Shown: positions 9,941 through 18,728, counted from the stretch's first letter. The stretch is 23,882 nucleotides of DNA from a virus (IMGVR_UViG_2585427765_000009), one strand, 5' to 3'. Numbers and translations are program-made. Notes: a model not told the origin generated them from the sequence alone.

Positions 9941-12036
9941 AACCATCCTCCGGAAGTCAGCCAGGGGTTAACATCGTCAGTTACTGTTTTCTTCCGTTTT
10001 TGTTTTTTAACAGGCGTGGATACCGGTTCCGGTGAGGATGACGGTTCGGTACTGTCCGGGACACACTCCAGCCAGGTTTCCCGGCTCGCCCACTCCGGTG
10101 CATCCGGCCAGCGGATCTTTTCGTATCCATGCAGAATGACCAGAGCCTCGGCATACACCATCAGGTCAAAAGCTTCGTTGGCACCGCGACCCGGCTTACT
10201 CCATTTCCCGTCACTGCTCCGCTCTTCATACGTCAGTTCGTCGTAAAACCAGCTCCCCAGCCAGTCAGGGAAATGCACATAGCCTGGACCTGGCGAGTCA
10301 CGCCATAACGCGTTATTCACCCGGTCTTTCAGGGCATCCGTCTGAAGAAGCCAGAGCGGCACATCACCTGCGGCCTGCGCCCGGCGGCCCGTTCGTCCGG
10401 TGTTATCAGGGAATGTACGGCTGATCAGTTTTGCGCGCCGGATGCTGTCGCCCTTAAACAGGTAAATACGTTTACCAAGGCCATCACGACGGCAACGACG
10501 CCAGAATTTATAGGCATTATCAGTGACCCCGTCTTCACCGCCGGAGTCCACCGCCATTGCCATCAGTCGCATTTGTTGAGAAGGATCGGAGGCCAGCGGC
10601 CAGCTTTTATGAAAAACATCCGTCAGCAGGACATCCCAGTCTTCCGGATAGCTGGCCGGATCAATTCGCTGGCTCTCCCCGTCGCAGTCACTGCGCAATG
10701 ACTGCGTGATGTTGTAACGATCAATAATCCAGCGTTCGCCACGGCTGCCATAGCCCGTTACCTGAACCACAAAACGGCGATGACGTCCCGCCTGCACATC
10801 CACTGTCGCCACAAGGAAATTAACGCCATCTGGCACACTGCGGGAAGGAACTGGCTCTGCCCGCTGCTCAAGCAGTTCACTTTTTCGTTGCTCCATGCTG
10901 GCGCGGGGAAGATAAGGTAATCCCCAGTCGGTGTTGATAACCGCCCTGAGTGTTTCTTCACTTCCTGTCGCTTCATACTCCTGTTCTGCAGTCAGTAATT
11001 TGTAAACCAGTTGCGCCCAGGTCTGATACGCAGCAGCTGGCCCTTCCATCCAGAAACTGGCGATACGGGAGCGGCGCGGTTCACCGGAAACGTTGCCGTT
11101 ACGATCAATGACCTGACCTTCACGCAACCAGACTCCTGCACTATTGAGCTCACGCTTTTTCTCCGCAGTGATAATGCCGCTGCAGTGCGGGCAAAGTAGA
11201 TACGCCGCCTCACTGGCTTTAAAGGGATCCGGTTCATTACGGTAGCCGGTCATGGCATCCATAGCTGGCTGAAAATATTCACCGCAGTGCGGACATGGCC
11301 AGTACCAGCGGCGGCGGTCACCACGATTGTAAAGGGAAAGAATACCAGTCGTCGGTGGCGCTTCATGAGGCGACTTACGTCGCCATTTGCTGTCGCAGAT
11401 GTCACGTCCCGGCGAGCTCTCCACCAGAGTCATCCCGGCGGACATAAATGTGGTGGTACGTTTTGAGGCCAGGGAGAAACCATCACCCTCGCTGTCGATA
11501 TTCTCCGGAAAACGGTCGTAATCGGTTAAGGCGACAAACCGGTAATCCGACGACGACATAATGTTGACCGAGGGCCAACCAATTTTAAGGAACGAGCCAT
11601 CCCTGAACGTCTTATCATGGACATTATTGTCGTTACGACGTGGACTCATTCTTTTCTTTACCGCCGCACTGCTTCTGAACGTTCTGTCGAGGCGCTTTTT
11701 AGAATGCTCGCGGGCCTTATCTTCGGTCATCTGCACAACGAGCATGTCCGAAGGATCGCAAACGATGGTATAGACAATCCATCCATCGATCAGACCAATG
11801 GTCTTCCCTGTTCGCGCAGGACCAACAAAAATCACCGCATCGTATTCACGCGATGCCAGGCAGTTCATGGGCTCAATGATGTAGGGTGTCAGTTCAGGAT
11901 CCCATGGCACCGAGTTACCAGCCCCCTTGGGAACACGCATGAATTTTTTAACAGCCTCCGAAATCGGCATGCGACGTGGTGGGGAAAATCCTGCCGATAT
12001 GTCCCTTCCCAAATTTCGGGCTGATGAAAAACCCAT
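9937..12036 (-). CDS. Terminase large subunit (lambda A-like)
   Basis: 699 aa; SD AGGAGG before ATG 12036; Cys cluster CPHCGEYF...CPHC parallels lambda A ACPHCGEEQ. Confidence 0.85.
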   Translation of the reverse strand: MGFSSARNLGRDISAGFSPPRRMPISEAVKKFMRVPKGAGNSVPWDPELTPYIIEPMNCLASREYDAVIFVGPARTGKTIGLIDGWIVYTIVCDPSDMLVVQMTEDKAREHSKKRLDRTFRSSAAVKKRMSPRRNDNNVHDKTFRDGSFLKIGWPSVNIMSSSDYRFVALTDYDRFPENIDSEGDGFSLASKRTTTFMSAGMTLVESSPGRDICDSKWRRKSPHEAPPTTGILSLYNRGDRRRWYWPCPHCGEYFQPAMDAMTGYRNEPDPFKASEAAYLLCPHCSGIITAEKKRELNSAGVWLREGQVIDRNGNVSGEPRRSRIASFWMEGPAAAYQTWAQLVYKLLTAEQEYEATGSEETLRAVINTDWGLPYLPRASMEQRKSELLEQRAEPVPSRSVPDGVNFLVATVDVQAGRHRRFVVQVTGYGSRGERWIIDRYNITQSLRSDCDGESQRIDPASYPEDWDVLLTDVFHKSWPLASDPSQQMRLMAMAVDSGGEDGVTDNAYKFWRRCRRDGLGKRIYLFKGDSIRRAKLISRTFPDNTGRTGRRAQAAGDVPLWLLQTDALKDRVNNALWRDSPGPGYVHFPDWLGSWFYDELTYEERSSDGKWSKPGRGANEAFDLMVYAEALVILHGYEKIRWPDAPEWASRETWLECVPDSTEPSSSPEPVSTPVKKQKRKKTVTDDVNPWLTSGGWL

Positions 12037-12044
12037 TATTCCTC

Positions 12045-12572
12045 CTAGAGACTCTCTCCTTCCTCATCAGGAATTAATTCAGCAGCACAAGCCTCGTAGG
12101 ATTTTTCCTGAAGAGTGTATCGCAGGTCATCAATGGCCTGCTGTACAACGCCGACGGCCTGAGGAGTCAGGGCGCAATCGCGTTCAAGAACATCCGGAAT
12201 TGTCTCCAGAACCTGGACGACAGCCTTTCTCATGGACGAATAGACGATGACTACTTCATCAACTGGGATGAGTTTTCGCTGCTCCTTTTCCAGCTTGATC
12301 CTTTCATTTTCAGACTGGTACCAGTCCTTTCTCTCTTTCGGCTCCATACGGGATGGATCATGAACAGAGTCTGCTGCCTCATGCTTCACACTAAACAGGG
12401 CGGGCCCGACATGCTGCAGGGCGTAAACGGGGTTCCCCCTGACAGTCGCAGCCACAGGAGTGTTGGCCGCGAGGAGCCGTTTTTTTACTGTGTCCCGGTG
12501 AAGCCCAAAGGCCTCGGCGATTTTAAAAACACTCCAGTAATAAGCATCACCGATCCCGCTCACATTTGACAT
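12045..12572 (-). CDS. Terminase small subunit (lambda Nu1-like)
   Basis: N-terminal HTH-like segment and ERKDWYQSENERIKLEKEQRKL region resemble Nu1; alternative start at 12584. Confidence 0.7.
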   Translation of the reverse strand: MSNVSGIGDAYYWSVFKIAEAFGLHRDTVKKRLLAANTPVAATVRGNPVYALQHVGPALFSVKHEAADSVHDPSRMEPKERKDWYQSENERIKLEKEQRKLIPVDEVVIVYSSMRKAVVQVLETIPDVLERDCALTPQAVGVVQQAIDDLRYTLQEKSYEACAAELIPDEEGESL

Positions 12573-12749
12573 AAGCAACTCCATCTGGCAGGTGAAAATC
12601 AGGTTTATTTATATATTTCAATTAATTGCAAACTAGTCTAATGACAGGGAGAAAAAAATATTGTACAGCTGAAAAGAGAAATAACTTTTAATTATCAATA
12701 AATTACCAAACATGCTGCCGCCGCCATGGAAATGCAAAAACTAGCCTTT

Positions 12750-12780
12750 TTCCGCGACGCTCCCGCCCCGTGGCAGGGCC
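12750..12780 (-). other. Candidate cos site (cosN-like)
   Basis: GC-rich island in AT-rich DNA ~190 nt upstream of terminase small subunit; minus-strand ACGGGGCGGGAGCGTCGCGG resembles lambda ACGGGGCGGCGACCTCGCGG. Confidence 0.45.
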
Positions 12781-13134
12781 CCTCACTGGTAGGACCCGAC
12801 AGCCTGACAACCGTGACGAGCATCTGAAACAGAGCTTTACATAATGGCATGGGGATAATTCAGAAGGACATCACAGCATGCCCACACAAATTAGTGTGAG
12901 TGTCCTGTTTCTTACTACGCGCAGGACTGACGAGCATGAGGGGAAAATACGAGAACCGAAATGCCTTATCTTCAGAAATGCAGCCAGCATCCGAACTGGA
13001 CGATATTGTAAATTCACCTAAATACGAGGCATTGCTGTAGTTGAATTACAGTACTGTATTAGCCTGACAGTGACAGAATACGATATTGACTCTGTCACTT
13101 GTGAAATGGTCAGAATGGTTAGCAGTTATGGTGA

Positions 13135-13341
13135 TCAATCAACCATCAGGGAATAATCCTTCGTATTCTTATCGTGCTTCACTAACGCTGCCTCAATTGC
13201 CCTGAATGCTTCCAGAGATACTTGATGTTCTATACATGCAATTATAACATCCGGGTAACTCATCGAAATGGTGCTATTAAGCATAGTTTTTACACGAACC
13301 TGCTCTTGGGAGGGGGCCTCAGTACATTGATCTTTATGCAT
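13135..13341 (-). CDS. Hypothetical small acidic protein
   Basis: 68 aa ORF with ATG and SD GGAG; AT-rich context. Confidence 0.4.
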   Translation of the reverse strand: MHKDQCTEAPSQEQVRVKTMLNSTISMSYPDVIIACIEHQVSLEAFRAIEAALVKHDKNTKDYSLMVD

Positions 13342-13628
13342 TTTGTCGCTCCATGCGTTTGTTCTTCACTTGTCGCTAAAAATATAACTTCAAATCTTTG
13401 AGCGTGGAAGTGTGGAAGTCACTGCGCGTTGATCTTGCATACATCGGTCGTTTGTTTCCCCCCTGGCATATCAGAAAAACCAGGTTTTATAGCGGAATCA
13501 ATACTATGTATTTTCCACCTGACTTTTGACATAAATCATCAATAAAACATATAAAGGTCAGACCAGATTGAAACGATAAAAACGATCTTGCAAACTACGT
13601 GCCCTCATACCATATGGAAGGTTTATCT

Positions 13629-14039
13629 ATGGATCAGGTAGTCATTTTTAAACAAATATTTGATAAAGTTCGAAACGATTTAAACTATCAATGGTTTTAT
13701 TCTGAGCTAAAACGTCACAATGTCTCACATTACATTTACTATTTAGCTACAGATAATGTTCATATTGTATTAAAAAATGATAATACAGTGTTATTAAAGG
13801 GCCTAAAAAACATTGTGTCTGTCAAATTTTCAAAGGATAGGCATCTTATAGAAACGACCTCTAATAAGCTGAAATCCAGTGAGATCACATTTCAGGAATA
13901 CAGAAGAAACCTTGCTAAAGCAGGAGTTTTTCGGTGGGTTACAAATATCCACGAACAAAAAAGATATTACTATACCTTTGATAATTCATTACTCTTTACT
14001 GAAAACATACAGAGCACATCACAAATATTTCCACACTAA
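13629..14039 (+). CDS. Hypothetical protein, possibly DUF1398/YbcV-like
   Basis: 136 aa from ATG at 13629 with SD GGAAGG; only plus-strand gene in the phage; AT-rich; family guess from memory only. Confidence 0.45.
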   Translation: MDQVVIFKQIFDKVRNDLNYQWFYSELKRHNVSHYIYYLATDNVHIVLKNDNTVLLKGLKNIVSVKFSKDRHLIETTSNKLKSSEITFQEYRRNLAKAGVFRWVTNIHEQKRYYYTFDNSLLFTENIQSTSQIFPH

Positions 14040-14358
14040 ACCATAACGTCCGGTTTTTTCTACCCCAGCACCGGACTGGCTGACATAAAGAGCAACCCCA
14101 CGTTAAGTTGACGCGTTAATAACCCGGTGTACATCGTTTTTGATTATTCCCCCACACTCGCGCAGAAGGAGTTCCCCGTCAGGCTACAGTCATAATTAAT
14201 GCAAGAGTACAGCGACGATACAGCGCACAGAAATAAATCAGGTATCCATTGACTTCACAAAGACGGTGCATAGCATCGACAGGAGTAATTGCGTAAATTG
14301 AACTCTTGGCACACTTTAGCCACCGGCGAATCTTCAGCGGATTATCCTTGGCCGGTTT

Positions 14359-14823
14359 TTATCTGAGGCATTGCTCTCGAATGTATAGCTGTGCCCCTTC
14401 AAGTTGTTTTTGCATTATTATCAGTCGCGCTCTGAGGGTGAAATAATCCCGTTCAGCGGTGTCTGCCAGTCGGGGGGAGGCTGCATTATCCACGCCGGAG
14501 GCGGTGGTGGCTTCACGCACTGACTGACAGACTGCTTTGATGTGCAACCGACGACGACCAGCGGCAACATCATCACGCAGAGCATCATTTTCAGCTTTCG
14601 CATCAGCTAACTCCTTCGTGTATTTTGCATCGAGCGCAGCAACATCACGCTGACGCATCTGCATGTCAGTAATTGCCGCGTTCGCCAGCTTCAGTTCTCT
14701 GACATTTTTGTCGCGCTGGGCTTTGTAGGTAATGGCGTTATCACGGTAATGATTCAGCCCCAGACTAAGCGCACCACAGGCCGCCAGCAGGGCAATGATG
14801 ACCACGCACAGTACGCGGTTCAT
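14359..14823 (-). CDS. Rz: Rz i-spanin
   Basis: N-terminal TM helix then coiled-coil periplasmic domain; contains embedded Rz1. Confidence 0.85.
   Translation of the reverse strand: MNRVLCVVIIALLAACGALSLGLNHYRDNAITYKAQRDKNVRELKLANAAITDMQMRQRDVAALDAKYTKELADAKAENDALRDDVAAGRRRLHIKAVCQSVREATTASGVDNAASPRLADTAERDYFTLRARLIIMQKQLEGAQLYIREQCLR
14421..14603 (-). CDS. Rz1: Rz1 o-spanin lipoprotein
   Basis: Embedded in another frame of Rz; lipobox VVGC; PPPPP proline-rich stretch. Confidence 0.8.
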   Translation of the reverse strand: MRKLKMMLCVMMLPLVVVGCTSKQSVSQCVKPPPPPAWIMQPPPDWQTPLNGIISPSERD

Positions 14824-14824
14824 T

Positions 14825-14923
14825 TCACCACCAGCGTATCTGACCGATGAAATAACCGGAGGCCATAATCACAAACACCAGCCAGATAAGAATGAACTTC
14901 CAGGTGGATAATTTTTCAGCCAT
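14825..14923 (-). CDS. Small single-TM membrane peptide (32 aa) translationally coupled to Rz
   Basis: [32 protein letters not shown]; SD GGGAGA; stop overlaps Rz start. Confidence 0.45.
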   Translation of the reverse strand: MAEKLSTWKFILIWLVFVIMASGYFIGQIRWW

Positions 14924-15002
14924 CACTCGAATCTCCCGAATCAGTTTGCTAAAATCAAACACACTTTCTCCTTTGACTTTTCCGGAGTCAGGAGTCAGGA
15001 AA

Positions 15003-15040
15003 CACAAAACCCCGCTTGGTGCCAACAAACGGGGTTTTTA
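15003..15040. terminator. Bidirectional hairpin between endolysin and Rz
   Basis: AAAACCCCG...CGGGGTTTT stem with T-rich flanks on both strands. Confidence 0.45.
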
Positions 15041-15128
15041 CTTTTATTCACTTACGTTTCGCCAGTTCGCAGGATTTCATGTTATCCGCCCGCGTGGCCA
15101 TGCCTTATTTTTCAGCAAAATATTCTGC

Positions 15129-15662
15129 TTATCTGTCGATACCCCAGCACGCCAGCGCGCTCTCCTGGTCACGACGGGATACCTGACCGTAGCAGTTGTT
15201 TGAACGAATACGGCAGTCTCTGCCACCGTCCTTAATCCACCAGCGAATCGCCTCACACGCTCCCCTGCGATCACCTGCATTAATTCGTTTATAAAACGTC
15301 GACGGGAAACACTTACTGGGACCAATGTTGTACGGACAGAATGACGCGATCCCCGCTTTCTGGGGTTCGCTCAATGGCACTTTGATGTTTTTCTCCACCC
15401 ATGCCAGCGCCTTATCACGCTCAATGGCGTTGACCTGGTCGCATTTTTCCTTCGACAGTTTCATACCGGGAAAAACGGGTTTTCCATCCACCATCGTGGC
15501 CCCCCGACAGATGGTCCAGATGCCGGAACCATCGCGGTATGCCGTTGTGTGGTTACCCTCTTTTTCGTCCAGAAACTGGTCAAGTATCTGAGGAGCAGAC
15601 GCGCCTGCAGCAATCAGCGCCAGAACAGCAGCTGACAGGGCGTATTTGATTTTTGCGCTCAT
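15129..15662 (-). CDS. R: SAR endolysin (T4-lysozyme family)
   Basis: Ala/Gly-rich N-terminal segment YALSAAVLALIAAGASA; E...D...T catalytic spacing in EGNHTTAYRDGSGIWTICRG, as in phage 21 R. Confidence 0.85.
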   Translation of the reverse strand: MSAKIKYALSAAVLALIAAGASAPQILDQFLDEKEGNHTTAYRDGSGIWTICRGATMVDGKPVFPGMKLSKEKCDQVNAIERDKALAWVEKNIKVPLSEPQKAGIASFCPYNIGPSKCFPSTFYKRINAGDRRGACEAIRWWIKDGGRDCRIRSNNCYGQVSRRDQESALACWGIDR

Positions 15663-15717
15663 GGATATTTATCAGGATGCTACCAATGAAAGATACCGGA
15701 AAGCCAACTGCAAAAAG

Positions 15718-16032
15718 CTAACAACCCGTAATCGAGTTATCAGAACTGTTAATTTTTATGGTATACCGCGCCTCTGAACAGGGGCGCGTTTCTGGCAACA
15801 GCTCGTCCCCTTCACATAACCCGGCAGCAACATCCAGGAAGACCTGTCTGATGCTCCTTCTGGCTGCTGACTCATAAAACTCCAGCGCGGCACCTTCAAC
15901 ACGGTCCAGCGAGATGTCCAGGGCAAAAATTTCACCGTCAAAGCGTTTTTTGTCCCGTAACGCTAAAGTTACCGTAACTTTATTCTCAAAATTGCGGATC
16001 CCTTTCACAATCAGTTCATATTTTTGAGTCAT
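15718..16032 (-). CDS. Hypothetical soluble protein inserted between holin and endolysin
   Basis: 104 aa; ATG 5 nt after holin stop with SD GGGGAGAG; no TM or signal peptide. Confidence 0.6.
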   Translation of the reverse strand: MTQKYELIVKGIRNFENKVTVTLALRDKKRFDGEIFALDISLDRVEGAALEFYESAARRSIRQVFLDVAAGLCEGDELLPETRPCSEARYTIKINSSDNSITGC

Positions 16033-16036
16033 TGAA

Positions 16037-16252
16037 TTACTCTCCCCGTGCAGCCTTACGCTTGTCTTCTTTAATCTTGAAATAAAGGTTTGTCAGGTAC
16101 GTCAGCAGGCCAAATACCAGGCTACCCAGCACACCTATTGCTGCCCACTGTGAGGGCGTGACTTTATCGAGCAGCTGTAAAAACCAGTAGCCAGCACTGC
16201 CTGCGGAGGTGCCGTAGGCAATGCCTGTTGAAATTTTGTCCATGGATTTCAT
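16037..16252 (-). CDS. S: Pinholin, phage 21 S-type, dual start
   Basis: [71 protein letters not shown]; SD GGAGGTG; the ORF-track extension to 16309 is rejected. Confidence 0.9.
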   Translation of the reverse strand: MKSMDKISTGIAYGTSAGSAGYWFLQLLDKVTPSQWAAIGVLGSLVFGLLTYLTNLYFKIKEDKRKAARGE

Positions 16253-16351
16253 AGCCTCACCTCCGCACGGAACGGATGGCATAGTTATTATGTGTAGGCT
16301 TCCAGACACATCAATCAGAGCCTTAATTGATATATATGCTGGAGACGATGC

Positions 16352-16378
16352 AATATAAAAAGCTCGCCGTAGCGAGCT
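16352..16378 (-). terminator. Predicted intrinsic terminator between cargo lipoprotein genes and holin
   Basis: Minus-strand AGCTCGC-TACG-GCGAGCT followed by TTTTTATATT. Confidence 0.55.
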
Positions 16379-16503
16379 AATAAAATGTATTTCTCTGATA
16401 TTATGTTTATTTGTATTAGCTCAGACTTGACATCACAGGTTTCGTATATAGAACATCATCAAATCTGTCAGTTTGCTATGAATGAGATATAGTAATTGAA
16501 GAG

Positions 16504-16899
16504 CTAACCTCGCATGTCAAAGCCAGATTTCTGAAAATCTCTGTAGACTTCCGGATTGTTGAAGGCCGGAAATTTGGCTTTATGAGCTGCGGACTTTATC
16601 GCTTCGCAATAGGCTTTATCACCGTTACTGGTAGATATTTTTAACGCCGTGCCATCCTGAGAGAATTCCATATGCAACCTGCATTTTTTCCCTTTCCAGT
16701 TATGCGGCTCATCAAGTTTGGCATTAATTGCAGCTCTGATTCCCCGCGCTTGCGCCCCCCATTCATCCTGATCATCCCAGCGTCCTGAACTGCAACTACC
16801 TGTAGCAGTAGTTTTGTGGCAATCTGAAGGGTGTAAAGGTGTGCATCCCGCAACAAAACCGACCCAAAAAGTCAACATAACGATTTTCTTTAATCCCAC
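16504..16899 (-). CDS. Lipoprotein with TolA domain III-like C-terminal domain (paralog 2)
   Basis: GTG start with SD GAGGAG; lipobox VAGC; C-terminal KGKKCRLHMEFSQDGTALKIS...YCEAIKSAAHKAKFPAFNNPEVYRDFQ aligns with the TolA C-terminus. Confidence 0.75.
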   Translation of the reverse strand: MGLKKIVMLTFWVGFVAGCTPLHPSDCHKTTATGSCSSGRWDDQDEWGAQARGIRAAINAKLDEPHNWKGKKCRLHMEFSQDGTALKISTSNGDKAYCEAIKSAAHKAKFPAFNNPEVYRDFQKSGFDMRG

Positions 16900-17049
16900 T
16901 TCTTGCTCCTCAATCCATTAAAATCTCAGCAATAGTAGTTGTTACGTCCGCCACTGGCTCAGAGCTGACTATCCGCTAAATTTAGCTCAGTGCCGTAGTT
17001 GTGTCAGAACAAACCTAAGCCGAAACCGTTTATTACAAAACAATAAATA

Positions 17050-17478
17050 TCAGGGTTTAAAATCCAGCACCCCATTTTGAAATACTTTATATACTTCCGG
17101 CGAAGGGGGGGCAGGTATATCAGCATTCTTTATCGCATTCATCGCTTCACGACATAAATCGAGGTCTCCACTTTCTCTTTTAACCTCCAGTAGAAGGCCA
17201 TTCGGGGCCATATGCATTCTCAGTGTACACTCTTTTCCTGAATACTTACTCGCATCCCCGAACTGTTTTTCGATGGCGCTCTTGATTTGATGGGCATACA
17301 GACGGATATCCTCACTAACATCAGAAGTACGTTCAGATGAACTCACATACTGTGTCTCTATTGCTTTATCGGAGTAATATGATGTACGGTCATGATAATT
17401 TGTCGATACAGCATCAGTGCACCCGATAATAATCCCACTAATAATCAACGTAAGAATTGATGCGCTACGAAAACCCAT
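17050..17478 (-). CDS. Lipoprotein with TolA domain III-like C-terminal domain (paralog 1)
   Basis: Lipobox IIGC; QIKSAIEKQFGDASKYSGKECTLRMHMAPNGLLLEVKRESGDLDLCREAMNAIKNADIPAPPSPEVYKVFQNGVLDFKP versus TolA QIKSAIESKFYDASSYAGKTCTLRIKLAPDGMLLDIKPEGGDPALCQAALAAAKLAKIPKPPSQAVYEVFKNAPLDFKP (recalled). Confidence 0.8.
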   Translation of the reverse strand: MGFRSASILTLIISGIIIGCTDAVSTNYHDRTSYYSDKAIETQYVSSSERTSDVSEDIRLYAHQIKSAIEKQFGDASKYSGKECTLRMHMAPNGLLLEVKRESGDLDLCREAMNAIKNADIPAPPSPEVYKVFQNGVLDFKP

Positions 17479-17507
17479 TTTTCCTCACATATGTCATATA
17501 GTAAAGG

Positions 17508-17537
17508 ATTATATATACCGTTGTTTTGGATGCTCAA
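17508..17537 (-). promoter_or_regulatory. Candidate sigma70 promoter for TolA-like lipoprotein 1
   Basis: Minus-strand TTGAGC, 18 nt spacer, TATAAT, about 30 nt upstream of the start codon. Confidence 0.4.
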
Positions 17538-18011
17538 ACAGCGAATCAGATCAAATAAAACGCACATTTGTTAACATTTACACAAAGTCTGCGTGGGATA
17601 TTCTGAAAGAATATCCATAATGTAGAGAGAATCTATTGAAGTGCATGGTGCCGGGTGCCTCCCGGTGAATTCAGTACCAGCACCTGAATCCGCGATTATC
17701 CCATATACCTACTGGCTGATTGCCCCTCCGCACAGGGGGATTCACCATGCCAGTTTCTTTTAACAAACTCCCCGCAAACCAGACAACAGTCAACCGCCTG
17801 AATTGTGAAGTATTTAAAAATTTCTCCCGCTAACTGATACCCGGCTAACAGTCTGGCGTTTTCTTTTTCAGCAACGGGAAAGCAACAACCACCACACCCG
17901 CCACCAGCACACCGTCAGCCAGCACTGACATTATCCGGCTGCTGCAATGCCATTCACAAAAACAGTAAGCAATCACTTTTTACCGTAACAGGTGATAATC
18001 CAGATATGTAT

Positions 18012-18365
18012 CTACCCCAGGTGAGTAATCCGAAGTTCATCCATACCACAGGTCCTGGCTATTCTGTTGTACTCCTGAACAAGAGCAAATAATTCTGAAT
18101 TAGCAACCATGAACTCATCGCAAACCCTCTGTATAGCATCACTATTCAGAATAATAACGTCTCTTCCCGAAAGACGATCAGGAGTACAAAACAAAACTGT
18201 CAAACGGCTGAAGGCCTTTGCTCGTGCTGCATTGACTATATCAATACGCTGCCTAAGGATGAAACACCCCGACGCCTCATCAATATTCACTCTACCCACA
18301 CCATATGAATGATAAATATTTAATGCTGAAAAAACCATTAGACGGTATAACAAACACTCAATCAA
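18012..18365 (-). CDS. Hypothetical protein in cargo locus downstream of tRNAs
   Basis: 117 aa ORF in AT-rich DNA; start uncertain (TTG 18365 or ATG 18338); no clear RBS. Confidence 0.35.
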   Translation of the reverse strand: MIECLLYRLMVFSALNIYHSYGVGRVNIDEASGCFILRQRIDIVNAARAKAFSRLTVLFCTPDRLSGRDVIILNSDAIQRVCDEFMVANSELFALVQEYNRIARTCGMDELRITHLG

Positions 18366-18475
18366 TACTTAACAGAACTTTTATTTTTGACAAACATATA
18401 ATATTTTCAACAAGATCCTGAGCCAAGTATATTTCAGTATAAGGCTCTGCCGGAAGGAATCTGGAAGAATGAATA

Positions 18476-18552
18476 TGGCGCGCTGTACTGGATTCGAACT
18501 AGTGACCGATTGCTTAGAAGGCAATTGCTCTGTCCGGCTGAGCTAACAACGC
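18476..18552 (-). tRNA. tRNA-Arg, anticodon UCU
   Basis: 77 nt cloverleaf folded by hand: acceptor GCGTTGT/ACAGCGC, D-stem GCTC/GAGC, anticodon stem ATTGC/GCAAT, loop CTTCTAA, T-loop TTCGAAT, CCA encoded. Confidence 0.8.
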
Positions 18553-18652
18553 TGAATACCGATAATGGACCGCCATCGGGGACCCGCCCCCGCACCAACA
18601 ACCCTGTTATCGCGTCGTCTGCTCTTCCTGATAAGCTAATGGCGGTTTGTGA

Positions 18653-18728
18653 TGGTGGCCCTTGCTGGATTTGAACCAGCGACCTGGCGATTATGAGTCG
18701 CTCGCTCTCACCACTGAGCTAAAGGGCC
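18653..18728 (-). tRNA. tRNA-Ile2, anticodon CAU (lysidine type; software may call it tRNA-Met)
   Basis: 76 nt; near-identical to E. coli ileX as recalled; acceptor GGCCCTT/AAGGGCC, anticodon loop CTCATAA, T-arm GCTGG-TTCAAAT-CCAGC. Confidence 0.8.

Noticed and set aside
17737-17817. 26-aa plus-strand ORF with strong SD (AGGGGGA) upstream of the TolA-like locus
   Set aside because: Too short and featureless to support; the opposite strand carries the operon
17480-18475. Searched for stxA/stxB or another toxin downstream of the tRNAs
   Set aside because: No ORF of suitable size with a signal peptide or A/B-subunit arrangement; only the 117-aa hypothetical ORF and the TolA-like lipoproteins are present
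18553-18652. Possible third tRNA between the two tRNAs
   Set aside because: No T-loop motif or acceptor-stem complementarity in the 100 nt spacer
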